Origin: Gekko japonicus
Lineage: Eukaryota
DNA: 64,000 bases
Reading direction: 5' to 3'
Assembly (NCBI RefSeq): GCF_001447785.1
Contig: NW_015165838.1
Coordinates: forward strand, 160,857-224,856
Part shown: one piece after another, positions 25,469 through 38,622 of the stretch
Numbering within the stretch: position 1 is the first letter of the stretch
How the letters are laid out: every line of letters begins with the position of its first letter
Translations under genes and position numbers: made by a program
Notes under the pieces: model-generated
What the model was told of the DNA's origin: nothing
The model's input: the letters and a program-made list of their open reading frames with translations, nothing else
Databases searched by the model: none

Positions 25469-26209
25469 TCCCCACTACATCCAAGGCTCCCTACATCCCA
25501 GAGCCTCCAGGGAAAGACCACAGCCCACTTCCAGTTCAAGGCCAGTGAAACAGGCAGAGCAGCAATCTCTTGAATGGATCTATCCACCTCCAGCACCCCC
25601 ACAGCTTTCCCCAGACTCAAAAACCAAGAAAGTGAAGTAGGAGAAGGAGCCATACACCTGGCATCTCAAAGCAAAGTGAACTCCAGCATCATGCAGGAGG
25701 AGAGCACCGCTCTCTAGATCTTTGCAGGATCCAAGACCAACTCTGGCCATTAAAAGATGTGGAATTATCAGTACCCTATATAAGCCTTGAGCTCTAGCCT
25801 TAAATGGTTCAATGCTGTTCATGCTAGTTCTTGAGAGCTCCCTGCAGAAAGGATCCTGTCTAGCTAACTCTCTGTTCCTGCTACCCAGCTGCAGCTCTTA
25901 AAGCTGGGGTCCACTCCAGGCAGGCCTGATCTTGGCTACCCACCAGAAATCCAAAAGCTGCCTTCTCCGGTTGACCATTTAAGAAAACAAGACACTACTC
26001 CTCTGCACTTCAATCAAAAAGTTTGAAGCAGAGGCAGCAGCTTCAGGAACCAAATTCTTTGACAACTGCTCTTTGTGTATAAAATTAAGATAAAATGCAG
26101 ACAGCAAATAAATGTTAATAACCATGCTAAAAGATGAGATCTACTCAGCAAGGAAATATTCGCTGCACTGCTTTGTGTTGTTCATAATAGAACCATATTC
26201 TGACCCTAA

Positions 26210-26580
26210 ATTAGGCTTACCATTTGCCCACTTATGGGAGGAGACTTCCAGGTAATTCTGCCCATTGCCCACCAACAGCTGGTTGGTGATTAGAATCATG
26301 GGTGGGGCAGCAACCATCATCCCTGCATGATGATACAACTTCCAACATGAGCCAGAAGTGATGGCATTGTGCCAGGTATACACTCTAGCTCTCATTCCAA
26401 GACTCTATGAAAACAGGATTTGGGGTTGAATGCTAGAGTGTCACCCCAAGCATGGTGTCATTGCTTCTAGGTCACACTGGAAGTTGCATCATTGCACATG
26501 AACAATGATCACACCTTCCCTCGGTATGTTTCTGCCTCCCCCATCTCCTACCAGTTTCCAGGCAATGACTGGCAACACTG
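26210..26580. mobile_element. Degenerate hAT (Blackjack-like) MITE
   Basis: Degenerate taggcttacca...tggcaacact termini and an internal palindrome like that at 43030. Confidence 0.55.
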
Positions 26581-27099
26581 TCTTAGGCAATATTCCAGAA
26601 TATGTTGAGGAAGTTGGCTAAACCGCCAGATTCTATACTTTTTTAGAAAGGAGCACTCTAAGAACTTCCCAAAACCCCAGCCCTCGAGTTCCGAAAACAC
26701 TACCTACTGTATAGCCTCTCTAACTCCATTTTGGGTTTTTGCTAGTGCGTGACCTCTAGTTGTTTGGGAGGATGGCTGGCAGGCCACTCTCAAGGGACTA
26801 TTTCTGCCCATTTTCATTAGTATTTTTCTGAGTTCTCATCTAAGAAAGCGGACTTGTTTTCCTTTGCCACTGGGTACCAGATGCAAGATATGGCTTGGCT
26901 TTCCTCAGCATTTAGGGATGTAACTTTGGTGACAATGTTCTTGACTTTTAGCCAGCAATAAGTTTTAGCCAGGTCTGTAACTACAGTTGCTCCTTTGGGG
27001 GCTCCGCCCCTTTTCTTAAAGGGACAGCCCCACAAGAATTTATCCTGTAAATGCTTTTTTTAATCATTGTAAAACATTTTTTAAACGTGTGTGCTCCTT

Positions 27100-28560
27100 T
27101 AAGCAGAGCGGGGTGCTGTAGTTGACTAAGTCCCGCACTGAGCAAGAGGGTTGGAGTAGGTGACATATTGGATCTTTTCTAACTCTATGTCAAGAAATTG
27201 GCCTCCTTTAAGAGAGTTTTTCTGCCTAAGTGTTTTCTTGACTACAGAAGTCATCACCCCCCACCTGCCGGCTTGTTATCAGAATTGCTGCTTAGGCTGG
27301 CAGAAGTGAAATCTGGAAGCAGCTGAGAATTGTCATCTAAAGTTAAAAACCCTTTATTCCACTAGAAAGAGTTCATCAAAAACTTTAAGAGTGATATTTA
27401 GATTGCCAAGTTGTGTTTCTAACACAAGCTTGTGCCCTGAATGTGGATTGATCAAAACAGAGGCAAGAGTGAGTCTCGCCTCCATTATATTGTGGCTTAA
27501 GTTAAACTATCTTCCCCAAGGATTAACATCCTTAGTTTTTTGGGACCGTTTTCGATCTCCCTGGTTAATGGCAGTCCACCACACACTGAGAATTTTAGGC
27601 TTGTCCAGAAGTGAAATCTGGAAGCAGCTGAGAACTGTCATCTAAAGTTAAAAATCCCACCAGAAAGAGTTCAAAAACTTTAAGTGTGATATTTAGATTG
27701 CCAAGTTGTGTTTCTAACACAAGCTTGTGCCTTGAATGTGGATTGATCAAAACAGAGGCAAGAGTGAGTCTCGCCTCCATTATATTGTGGCTTAAGTTAA
27801 ACTATCTTCCCCAAGGATTAACATCCTTAATTTTTTGGGACCGTTTTCGATCTCCCTGGTTAATGGCAGTCCACCACACACTGAGAATTTTAGGCTTGTC
27901 TGCTCAGACCCACCTGGTAATGGGACTGGACCAGGTGAAAGCTCTGGTAAAACAACAGGTGTTTGACATTGAGCACCAGAATGATATTAATAGTGCTCCA
28001 AATTCTTTGGCACCGGAGAATACTAGATACGTTGTAACACCAGCTGCTTATTTATTATCACTGGAGATACCATCTCATCACAGGGCTTTCTCCCTAGCTC
28101 GTTGGAGAGCACTCCCCTCTACAGTGGTCAAGGGAAGATATAGAAAGACCCCTATGCTTGAGAGGGTTTGCCTCCGCGGAGCTGGTATGGTTGAATCTAT
28201 TGAACATGTCTTGTATCAGTGTGGTTTCTACCAAGAAATTCATGTAAAGTTCATCCTTCCATGCCTTAGAAAGCCACTGGACTGCCCTGCTTCTGAGATT
28301 ACTAGGAAGCTCCTTACAGGTATGAATCCACAAATTACAGCTTCTTGTGCAAGGTTTTTTGTGGGTGCCAGCAAAATTCACAGTTATCTTAAGGCAGTGG
28401 TTCTTAAATTTAATATAATCTTTATTTAAATCTGTGATATCTTTAATCAAATTTAATTCTATTTTTTCCTATATGGATATTCTTTCATTACTTGTGACTG
28501 TGTGTATATGATTTATGCTTGTCTTTGACCATATTAATAAATCTGAATCTAAATCTAAAG
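27100..28560 (+). mobile_element. RTE/RTE-X-like LINE 3' portion with an internal ~300-bp tandem duplication
   Basis: ORF 27686-28429 contains RAFSLAR...GRY...ERVC..GAGMVESIEHVLYQC, a LINE C-terminal Cys/His motif. The element ends AATAAA plus (TCTAAA)n. The 5' boundary is uncertain. Confidence 0.75.
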
Positions 28561-29120
28561 TGGTTGACAGCTTGCCATTTAGAGATCTATCCTGGTAACA
28601 GCTTTCTATTGGCTAAATAGCTTTTCTTTCTGAACTGAGAACTTCAGCCCCACCAGAAAAAAATTTGCCCCATAAGCCACAAAAACCTGACTGGAGGCCT
28701 GGTTTTAGCTATATATCTTGTCTCAGATTCTAGCTAGCTTCACTCTGTGTGTGTGTGCTCAAGGCCCAGCGGATGGAAGCTTAGCCTGCTATGTCTCTGA
28801 ATCTGATAATCTATTAAAATCTCCTTATAAGCAGACCTGGATCTTGCATATTGTTTTCTTGGGACTGCTGCAAACTTTGGCGCTTCTGGGCCAGGGCTCC
28901 AAACAGCTGGATCCAGGCATACGGAAAGAACCTCGGGTTCCAGAACTCTGTTTTATCTTATAACATGCAGTTCCACTCTGAGCTGCCTCTAGACACTTGA
29001 CAGCACACACACGTTGGTTGGGAACAGATTGAAATCCTAATCTTTTCTCCTTTACTTTTTAAAAGGACTTTGGACAACTTTTATAAACATAAAATGGAAA
29101 ACACATTTTAAAAACCTTAC

Positions 29121-29278
29121 CTGCTGCTGATGTCTCCTTCTAGGCCCAAAGTCTTCTAATTGGCCAATCTGAACTAAAATAAATTCATCTGGTCGCCGGT
29201 CAACCACATCTGCTACAAATGGCCCTCCTAGTTCTACCTTTAGAAGAGCAGAATCTTGAGCATTCGTAAAGTTTATTG
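29121..29278 (-). CDS. OCA2: OCA2 exon 7 equivalent: (T)INFTNAQDSALLKVELGGPFVADVVDRRPDEFILVQIGQLEDFGPRRRHQQQ, luminal loop
   Basis: 158 nt, ctttcag| and |gtaagg, phase 1/0. In frame with exons 6 and 8; contains an NFT glycosylation sequon. Confidence 0.94.
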
Positions 29279-31725
29279 CTGAAAGTAAGACTGTTAAGGA
29301 CAACATTTTTTTTGCTGAGATATATATATATAAAAAGCCTACCTGAGGGAGAATACTCAACTTTCCTTTTCCCTCACTGCAACTGTTGAGGAGGAATTTG
29401 GCCTTCAAGACAGTGTACCTAATGGCTCAACATCTCTTAACTCCTGAGGAGACCGATAGGGAAAGGATTTGCCGTGCTAATGTTGTCTGAAATGAGCAAA
29501 ACAGGGGATTGGATCTACACTAAGTTTTCCAACAACAGAAGGGGAGGGACAATTCCTGTTGAATCCCTCTTCTCAATTTGCACCTCATGCCATTCCTGAG
29601 GGGCCCCTTACCCCTCAGGAGCAGCATTTTAGGGAGTCAGCAGGAAGGAAGGAGCAGGTAAGTTTCTTTTCAGGGATGGAAGTGCTTCCGTTAGCGGAAA
29701 ATTTAGTGTGGATCCCACCCATCCTAATTTCCCTCAGCAACAACAAACGCTAAACTTACCTAGGCTAGCAACTGCATGCTCACCTTTACTTCCATGGACA
29801 CTCCCTGGCTGTGAAGTGAAGCACACATGTGTAACCCTCAGGGAACCATGAGGAAAGGCAGGGTATAAATGTTTTAATAAAATAAACCTATAGCAATAGC
29901 TGGTTTAAGGAGTTTGTGGGAAGACATTTAATACAACAGCAACATTTCCTTTCCCTATCCCCTCCGTATATCTGCAGGCAGGAGATCATAAATAATATTA
30001 GATTTTACATTATACTTTTTTTGTCCAAAGTGTTTCACATAATCCTTAAACTTGTAAAAGAGTTCAGTTTTAGTGCATAATGGTTGTAGGGAGCTGAAGT
30101 GATAGGGAGTTCATGACTGAGGTGAGATTTCCCAGCTCATACTCTTAGTCATACTCACATCATATTTACAAATGATATTTGTCACCTCCATGAAATGCAG
30201 GAAAAGCTTCCCCCTTTCACTCCCCAAAAAGTAAATGCCATTTGCTATAGGAACACAATGAACCACAACCAATAATACCTATAGTTGCTATGGAAGTAAT
30301 GTGGAAAAACCACCAAGTAAATAGAACTGAGTGGAATAAATGCAGGATGTTGGCATGTGCCATGACTGCTTCACAAGAGGAGACAGAGTAAATTAAAAGT
30401 ACCACCTGGTGCCCACAATATCACTAATAGACCAAACTGCAGACTTTCTACCAACAGTCATGCGCTCTACGGAGAGTTTCCATGAGAGTGCATCATGCTT
30501 CTGGCGACAGGCGGAGCTGGCCTGGAAACTCATCATATATGTAGCGGAGAATGGTATGACAGTTCACAAAGGTGGCAAGTAGAAGAAACCAATCAGCACT
30601 TTTTATAACAGTGGCAGAATGTAACAGGTAATGCACAGGTCAGCTCTTACTCAGGATTCTGCTCTTGATTTCAAGTGATCTTGTTTTATTGGAGTTTTTC
30701 GCTTAATGTCAGAAGGACCTTTCAGAGTATGCATTTTAGGAACGGCACACTGTCTTTCACAGCCCATGCTTTCACACTGCCTGCAGTTTCCTGCCTGACC
30801 TTTCCACAATTCTCTTTCATTTTTAATTGTTTCTAATTGAATTGCTACACACACAAAAAGATTACTAATCCTGCAAGACAATATGTATCCATTTAGGAAA
30901 ATTGTTCGTAAGAATAGTTTTATACTGCAATTTGGGGTGAGCAATAGGATGGCTACTACATTTTCCAGTGCCATTAGATGAGTTACCACTTCATTTCAAT
31001 CCTATTTCAATTTTGAATGGTTATGTTTCAAAGGGTTTGCTGACCTGTATTAATTAACCTAATGGCCTGCAGCACTTTGACAGCCTGTAGACCATTTTAT
31101 GAGTATAGCCAATAATTTGTGTCTGCAAAAAGCTTCAGGTGCACATAATTACAGCAGCTTCCTTTATCACAATATGACTAAAATACACCCTATAATTACA
31201 CAAAATGTCCCATTCAGAAACCATTACAAATGAAACTTAGAATTGTAAGAAGAAAATCTAACTTTACTTTCAAGGTATCATATACCCATATAGAACAAAG
31301 TTAGCCAGTGCCGCTTTAGCTGTAAGCTCTTACTTTATATAGCACATTGAATGTGACATTCTTTGTAGAACTACTTGTAAGCACTTAACCAAAAAACTGC
31401 TTGGAGTATGTGTTAAATTAGACCACTGCACCATGATCTACAAAACGGTTTCGACTGTTACTTTTGGATTTTAAAGCAAATATTCCACTATTGGTCTCCA
31501 TGGAATGAATAGGCTTATAATTAAGATCTCTGCTTGCTTTAATATATATGACAAAACATATGAGATGACAAACATGTTTGACTTTCCTTAGTCCCCTCCC
31601 CTTCCCCAGTTCTTTCTGTTATTGATTCTCCTTTTTTCTTCCTGCTTCTACCCACTTTATCCCTTGCTAGTGTTAGCCAGCAGCCCTACACAGATGTTCC
31701 GACTGTGCAGGCTTTCACCATGACA

Positions 31726-31924
31726 TAGGGTTGCCAAGCTCCAGGTGGGGCCTGGAGATCTGCCGGAATTAAAACTGAGTACCAGATTAGAGAGATTAGT
31801 TCCCCTGGAGAAAATGGCTGCTTTGCATTATACCTTGCTGGCATTCTTCCTCTCCCCAAACCCACCCTCCCAGGCTGCACCCCTAAATCTCCAGGAATTC
31901 CCCTAATCAGAAATGGCAACCCTA
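31726..31924. mobile_element. hAT (Blackjack-like) MITE
   Basis: TAGGGTTGCCA...TGGCAACCCTA termini; same interior as the copy at 2981. Confidence 0.8.
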
Positions 31925-32716
31925 GCAAGGTGAGAGAGTGGGCACTTAGGATCTGCCTGTCTGTAGGACCATCTCCCCAAATATGCTCCCACTGTAGCAG
32001 CTGCACTCATCTGAGCAAAGCCTTTGGCCTGCAAATAGGTAAGATCAACAGCATCCTGTATCCTAGTGTCCTCTGCTGAGACTGTGACCCCACCTGATGG
32101 AACAGCCTTCCTGATGAGATCAGAAAGGCTCCTGTGCTCCACAGAATGCCTCAAACAGAATTGTCCAGGAGGCCATTTTTAAAATCAATCAGTGCTATTA
32201 ATTGCCTCTGTGACTATTAAAATAATAACTGGTCTTAATGTAAGTTGGAAGGCCAAAAGGCACTGTTCTCCAAGAAACACCCTGGCTCTTTCTAAAAAAG
32301 AAAATGGGATGGCATTTGGTTTGATTGACGAATACCTTATTATGACACCAGTAGCGTTATTTATTCTTTTCAGAGAATCAGCTTCTAATATGGTAATTTA
32401 GCTTGTTCCAGGCCTCTGTCCTCTATGTGCCTATATAAAAACATTACAATTTTGCATAGATTATAGCAGAAGTTATTAGGAACACAGCATGAAAGGAAGT
32501 GCAGTAATGAATGGTAAAATAGACAGAGTATTTCAGAGTAAGTCTGTAACACTAAAAATGATTTCCATTATGGCAAAAATCAGGTGTACTTTAATACTTT
32601 TTTCTTAATTGCTCACTCAAAGTATTTGAGACACCAGTAGGATCATTGAGGACAAGGACTGCCCATCTCTAGGTGAAACCTGGAGTTCTCCCAAAATTAT
32701 AATTCATCTCCAGACT

Positions 32717-33002
32717 TGAAATGTACGCAGACGGAGAGTGATTTCAGCAAAGCGTACTTTATTCGATCAGGAACAAGACTGCTTTGGCCGCCTCGCAGGC
32801 CGGCTTATATCCCCCAAGAAACTGCCACCCAAAACATACCCCTACTTCCCTATAGGTTATTTACAGTGGCCGAGAGTCCCATAGGTTCTTGGCCGGGAAC
32901 CTAGCCCCCTGATTGGAGCGGGCTAGGATCCGTATAGTCCATTGTCTCTTGGAGTGAAGCTTGACAGTTGTCTCTGGACTTGTCTGGACTGGATACATTA
33001 CA
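32717..33002 (-). mobile_element. Solo LTR, 286 bp, 5-bp TSD AGACT, nested in a Blackjack-like MITE (about 32655-33165)
   Basis: TGAAATGTA...TACATTACA termini; TSD at 32712-32716 and 33003-33007. The host sequence ctccagact|acagagatc rejoins across the insertion. Confidence 0.88.
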
Positions 33003-34619
33003 AGACTACAGAGATCAATTCTGCTGGAGAAAATGGCAACTCTGAAGGTCATGCTTTATGGCATTTTCCATGCTGGAGTTCCTCCCCTCCCCAAGCCCCG
33101 CCCCCCACCCCCCCAGGTTCCACCTACAGATGTCGAGGTGCTTCCCATCCCAGAGCTCACAATCCTGTATGGGACTGATTATTATATATGGTGAAATATC
33201 AGATCCTACCAAAGGCACAGACAAAGGTTGTGGTGGGAGTTCCTATGACCCAAATCTCAGAGAAGTTTCCTTCCTTCATTACCGAGGCTTCATTCTGAGC
33301 ATAGATATTTGGATGGGACAATCTGAAAATGCTTTCCGAAGAACAAGCCAAACACATAGAACTTCACTTCTGATAAAAGAAAGCCTCCAGTGGAACACTG
33401 GCACAAAACACCTTCTATAGTAAGCGCTTTGAGCTTTTAAGCCAATAAGTCACAGACTGAAAAAGGAACTGCAACTTTGCCATTTCAGAAAATTACACTA
33501 AAGCTATTTAATTTGAATTGTTGCCAGTGTGGAAAGCAAATGCATTTGTGATCAAAAATAGCCTTAGAGTAAATCTTAACAGACACGGAAAATTCCCATC
33601 AATTCAAGGTCAGTATCGGGGGAAGCATGGTCTGCTGGCTTTGCAGCCAGTAGCCTCATCCCAGCCATCTCAGTACGGAAAACCAACTGTGGAAGGAGGA
33701 GATGTTAGATGAGGATATTCAACAAAAGGGGGAAAAGAGAAAAGGAAATTCAGGGGGGATATGAAGCTGTGCCAAATCAACTACAGTACACAGAGACCAC
33801 ATCCCAGAGCTTGTGGCTGAAGCCTTTTTTAAAAAAGTAACAAAAATGTTGAAAGAACTGTTCTAATTTTCTATTTTTAACACATTTTCTCTCTCTTACT
33901 ATGTTCCCCATGTAGTACAGGAACACAGACCTCTTTCATTGGCTTTGTTCTGCCTTCCTACTCTCATACCAAACTGCACTGAGTGAGGAAGCAGAAGCAG
34001 AAATAACGAGCCCGGCAAGCATCAAAGGGTGGAGGGCATGACTGAAGGAAACTGACTTCAGGTCGGGCAGAGATCTCAAGGTTCTGTGAAGACCACAGTG
34101 TAGGATGGAAGATGCAGGCCACTGAGTTCTGAGGAAGGCCCTCTGCTGGTGCTTCAAATTAACTTTATTGCTACACGAGCCAGCAAACGCAAACAGCAAC
34201 CTGTACCCAAGTCCTGTGCCACTTGTACGTGCAAAGTGGAAAATGCTCCTATGGTTGCTTAGTGAATGGGCAGGGAGGAGAGGTGCTAAGCCTTGCCATG
34301 TGGCGCAGACCTTGCCTCTGAATAGCAGACTCTCCAACAAAGGAATACAACTTGGTGTTGTAATTGAGCTACACTAGCCACTGGTAGCATCACAGCCTGG
34401 CTAGCTCCCTCCCACACCCTTATCATGCAGCCTCCAGGTTGAGTACCAACTCTCCTCATTCACTCATCATTGTTTAGCAACGAGAGTCCAACTGCGCATG
34501 GTCTACACTGAATGGCCGACACCTGGCTTTTGGGACTATGACAGCACAGATATTATTCCTATTCCTGAGTAGTAAATACAGCAGCCCAGATCCTAGATTA
34601 GGACAGCAAAGATTAGGAC

Positions 34620-34790
34620 ACCCTCAGGAGGTGGTGGATGCTCCTTCGCTGGATGTTTTCAAGCTGAGGCTGGACAACCATCTTTCGGGTATGTTGTAGG
34701 GCTATCTTTTGGCTATGCTCCTGCAGAGTGCAGGAGGTTGGACTAGAAGACCTGCAAGGTCCCTTCCAACTCTAATATTCTATGATTCTA
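34620..34790 (+). mobile_element. CR1 LINE 3' end
   Basis: gaggtggtggatgctccttcgctggatgttttcaag...ggttggactagaagacc...ggtcccttccaac...ATTCTATGATTCT. Confidence 0.88.
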
Positions 34791-35378
34791 AGTGCTTTGA
34801 GCTGCAATGCAATGGCTTCCTGTGCACTAGAATGGGCTTCCAATAATCAAGGATGACTAGCATGGCATAGGGTTCCATTTGTGTTCTGTTCTCAAATGCA
34901 AGAATACTCAGCCTCCACTGTGCTGTTCACATGCCATCATCAGGACAAGGTCCTGGGTGGTATATTAAAAAATAACCTGTGTTCCCAATCAGAATTGGAA
35001 GTCTTTCTTTTTCATATTGATGCTGTCATCCAAATTTATTCATATGCTTTTGGAAATTAAACTGCAGATTGCAACCAATTTATTTTTTAAAAATAACGAG
35101 GAAACATCTAAAAGGGAAATAACAGAAAAACTAGACCTTTTGCATTCTTCATTACCACTTGGATAACAAAGTTGGGAAACAGGTTTGCAAATGAACTCAT
35201 TTACTACTTTAAGGCAATCCCAAGAGACAGTACCTGGAGCTCAAAAGAAATAAATCACTGTCAGTATTTAATTTAGCAAACAACGAGTCAGCCATTTCAA
35301 ATCAGCCTGTTATCAGTGATTCTGTACTACATTCCTCGATGTGTTTTTTTTAAAACCAGGTAATTGATAAAAGGATAC

Positions 35379-35451
35379 TGTAGCTGTCCATAGGTGACAC
35401 TGCCAGCATCTGCCAAAGCATTCCACTTTCAGGATGGATGCTAAATAAAAT
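35379..35451 (-). CDS. OCA2: OCA2 exon 6 equivalent: ILFSIHPESGMLWQMLAVSPMDSY(T)
   Basis: 73 nt, catctcag| acceptor and |gtatcctttt donor (U12-type), phase 0/1. Resembles human [24 protein letters not shown]. Confidence 0.95.
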
Positions 35452-37171
35452 CTGAGATGGTGCATAAGACAGTTACATGGTGAATTAGTAAATTATAAAA
35501 CAATCTCCCTTAAAAGTTCTGAAGACAGTTTAATGCCTGCTTACCACAATTCCATAAAGCAAGAATCCTCTTGCAGAGTTCTCCATCCCAAGCCCATGCC
35601 TACTGAACTGCTATGTAAACTTAGAGCTCCTGAAATAGTACACAGTTATACTCTTCTAAACCCATTGACATCAAAGTGGAAAGGTGTCATTCCACTTCTG
35701 GTGATTCTGTACCATAGGTCTCTCACGTGCTACTTGTATCTACATATGGCAGTTGCTAATATGGTATTTAAAAAGGAAGATTATACTAAATGTACATTCT
35801 AGTTAGTTTGAGATTTACATCTGAATTACAGATATTTAGAAAGAAAACTAGAGTTTTAGTTTCATACGTTTCTCATTTCACCTTCACGTTCCACCCCTGT
35901 CATCACCCGCTGGTAAAAGTATATAAAATCAGCAAGGGGTTGGGACCTATGACTCCCTTTCACCAAGATTTCCTCCAACAGTGAGAGACTTTTCTCTGCT
36001 GGAAGAAGACATTCTCCACCACAAAAAGTCTTTAACAGAAGAGAGTCATGGGATCCAATCAAAGGAATTTTGCTACTCCCATTCATTCAAGTTTCTAAAG
36101 ATACGTTTAAAGCAAGAACATTCATATGGTGAGCATTCATAAGCTGTTAGAAGTAATTCCCATTTTATTCAGTGGGGTTTACTCCCAGGGAAGTGTTTTC
36201 AGCTGGGGAGCACATTTGTCTCTGTTAATTTTAAAAGTGATTGATTTACAGCTAACCTTGTATCAATTGTCTTCCTATCTGGACTTGCATTCCTATCTGG
36301 AATAGATCTAAAAGTGTAGCCTTTGGGATTTAACTCACAGATCTATTTCATCTCAGTGCAAACCTGCACAACACTGAAGAGTCCTATGACACCTTAAAGG
36401 CTCTTTGTTATTTGAGCTTCAGTAGACTAGCATGACTAACCCTCTGGAAGCCATTTCCACAATATATTCCTGCAATGCACTTTACACCCACCAACATCTA
36501 TCTCGCAGGTTACTTGACTAATGGGAACCATGGCAGGGCCACTTCAAGCAATGCAGCTTATATAGGTAATTTTCCACAGAGTTGTGAGAGAGCTAATTTC
36601 ATATATTACCAGAGCAGTGAGGAAGCAGATTCCACATGCTGAAGCCACAGATTGATCCACTAAAGCCTAATAAGAAGGGAAAAGCCCTGATAGGTGACGA
36701 CTAGCATGGAACTATCCTCTGGGCCTGGCATGGTGGGAACCTACCACATCCATCACTGGACCCACTGGATTCCTCCTAAGGACTGTTACCAGAATGTTGC
36801 GGGGTATAACCATGCAAAAACACCACAGCCACAGTATCCTGACAGCATATACAGAGAGCCTCTGTGCAGTCTTCATTCCATTTTCCTAGCCAATATTCCA
36901 GAGTAATCATGAGTAGCTGCAGGAAAACCCATTCCAGATATTATGCTGGACTAGAAACACAGAGGGGCCTTTGGGAAAAGGAACTAGACAGCAGTTTTAG
37001 GCTGTATGCCTGAAGAAGGTGACATGAAATATTCTCCTGGGTTATGCTCACCTATACAAGGAATGTGGGAAACTGTGACACTTGCATCACTTTTATCTGG
37101 CAAAGCAGAGCCTATTTAAACACTATCAGAGACCTAAAATAGTTCCAAGACTTTAGAAATTCAGTACTTAC

Positions 37172-37229
37172 AGAGCATAGAACTACAAAGATGAAAAGGC
37201 CAGAAACTTTCAGGAATCTTAAACAGCAC
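37172..37229 (-). CDS. OCA2: OCA2 exon 5 equivalent: (R)CCLRFLKVSGLFIFVVLCS, first transmembrane segment
   Basis: 58 nt, catttacag| and |gtaagt, phase 2/0. Resembles human RCVQWLKVMGLFAFVVLCS. Not shown in this frame by the ORF track; translated manually. Confidence 0.95.
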
Positions 37230-37307
37230 CTGTAAATGTAAGGAGAAAAAGTTTAATAGAGAAAGAACACAGAATTTTTTTTTATTCCATCCAGTTTTAA
37301 TCTTTGG

Positions 37308-37583
37308 TGCCAGTTTGGTGTAGTGGTTAAGTGTGTGGACTTTAATCTGGGAGAACTGGGTTTGATTCCCCACTCCTCCACTTGCACCTGCTGATGGGAC
37401 CTTGGGTCAGTCATAAGCTCTGGCACAGCTGTTCCTGAAAGAGCAGTTTGTGTCAGAGTTCTCTCAGCCCCACCTACCTCACAGGGTGTCTGTTGTGGGG
37501 AGGGGAAGGGAAAGGAGTTTTTAAGCTGCTCTGAGACTCCAACTGAAGGCCAATCTCCTCCTCCTCCTCCTCCTCCTCCTCCT
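37308..37583 (+). mobile_element. tRNA-derived SINE (Squam3/Ther1-like), about 80 nt from the exon 5 acceptor
   Basis: GCCAGTTTGGTGTAGTGGTTAAG head, GGTTTGATTCCCC B box and a (CCT)n tail. Confidence 0.88.
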
Positions 37584-37644
37584 ATCATAAACTTCTGAGG
37601 GAGGCAGTTACAGTGCGATTCTAAGCAGTGTTTCCACACTTCTA

Positions 37645-37847
37645 AGCTCCCTCTAAGCTGTGGAGTCTTGTGAGCAAAAATTCTACTTTGTGAGCTACAG
37701 GCATTAAAATTATGAGTAAGCAATCTGGCTACTGTGTAAATTAGTTTGCTCTGGAGCCATCCTTCCTGAGCTAAGACAAAAATGTGTGAGCTGGAGGCTA
37801 AAAAACTGTGAGCTAGCTCACACTAACTCAGCTTAGAGGGAACACTG
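37645..37847. mobile_element. hAT MITE (CAGTGTTCCCTCTAAGCTG type) nested in a short palindromic repeat
   Basis: Right TIR cagcttagagggaacactg and partial left TIR tccctctaagctg; flanked by cttctaag / cttctaaa. Confidence 0.7.
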
Positions 37848-38622
37848 CTTCTAAACCCCGTGACTTCAATTGACTCAGAAGCATGTAATTGTGCATAAGA
37901 TAGCACTGTTAGGGTCAAATGACACATTATGGCATCCACAGGTCTGACCTGTGGATGTGGATGCCATTTTAGAGAAGAATTTGGCCATTTAAAAATCCCA
38001 CAAAGGCCCAATCTTGCCACAGGCCTGACCTCCCATGGCTGTTTCACCACCTGAAAAGGGTGCGGGGAGGAGACAAGATTGCTTGGTCCTGCAGCACTAG
38101 CCTTCTCAGCCTTTTTAAATGGCTGGACTCTGCTCTAAAATGGTGTCAGTGTCCACAAGTCTGTCCCATGGATACCGTAACATCTAGTTCGGCCCTCAGT
38201 GTACTAGCTACATAGACAAGAAAGTGCCAGAAGCTAAAAGAGAATGGCCTGCCCGAGAGTTCCATGGCTCAGCTTCTACACTGTTTTGTAAGAATCTTAG
38301 GAGATGCTTTATACCAAGGTCTTTCCCAACCCTGATATCCATGATTCTCAAGAAGCAAACTAGACATGATGCTAACAGTATGGCTGCCAATGAAAACAAA
38401 TCCTCCCTCCCTTTGTCGACCTTAGCTATGTCTTGACATCAGAACATTCCATACTCCCCAATCATGTCAACAGCCGATTAAGTGGATTAGAGCAGGGAAA
38501 CACACCCCATCACACCATGATGCAAAGGAAGGAGAGGGTTACTATGACAGATGGGCAAAGGTTTGATAACACTATACTCTCCTGTCATTTGAAAAACAAA
38601 TCATAGTAACTTTGAAGCAAAA

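Larger units (their letters stand above)
29279..35378 (-). other. OCA2: U12-type (minor spliceosome) GT-AG intron, OCA2 intron 6
   Basis: The 5' splice site is GTATCCTTT (35378-35370). The branch-site consensus TCCTTAAC (29300-29293) ends 14 nt before the exon 7 start. Confidence 0.9.

Noticed and set aside
27686-28429. 247-aa ORF as a host gene
   Set aside because: It is the C-terminal part of a LINE ORF, followed by a LINE-type tail.
34280-34480. Possible melanocyte enhancer (CATGTG E-box with AACAAAG/CATTGTT SOX-like sites)
   Set aside because: Motifs of 6-7 bp are expected by chance in 64 kb; this needs conservation or chromatin data.
37308-37380. tRNA gene (also at 20640-20717 and 38740-38816)
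   Set aside because: A and B boxes are present but these are SINE heads without a proper cloverleaf.
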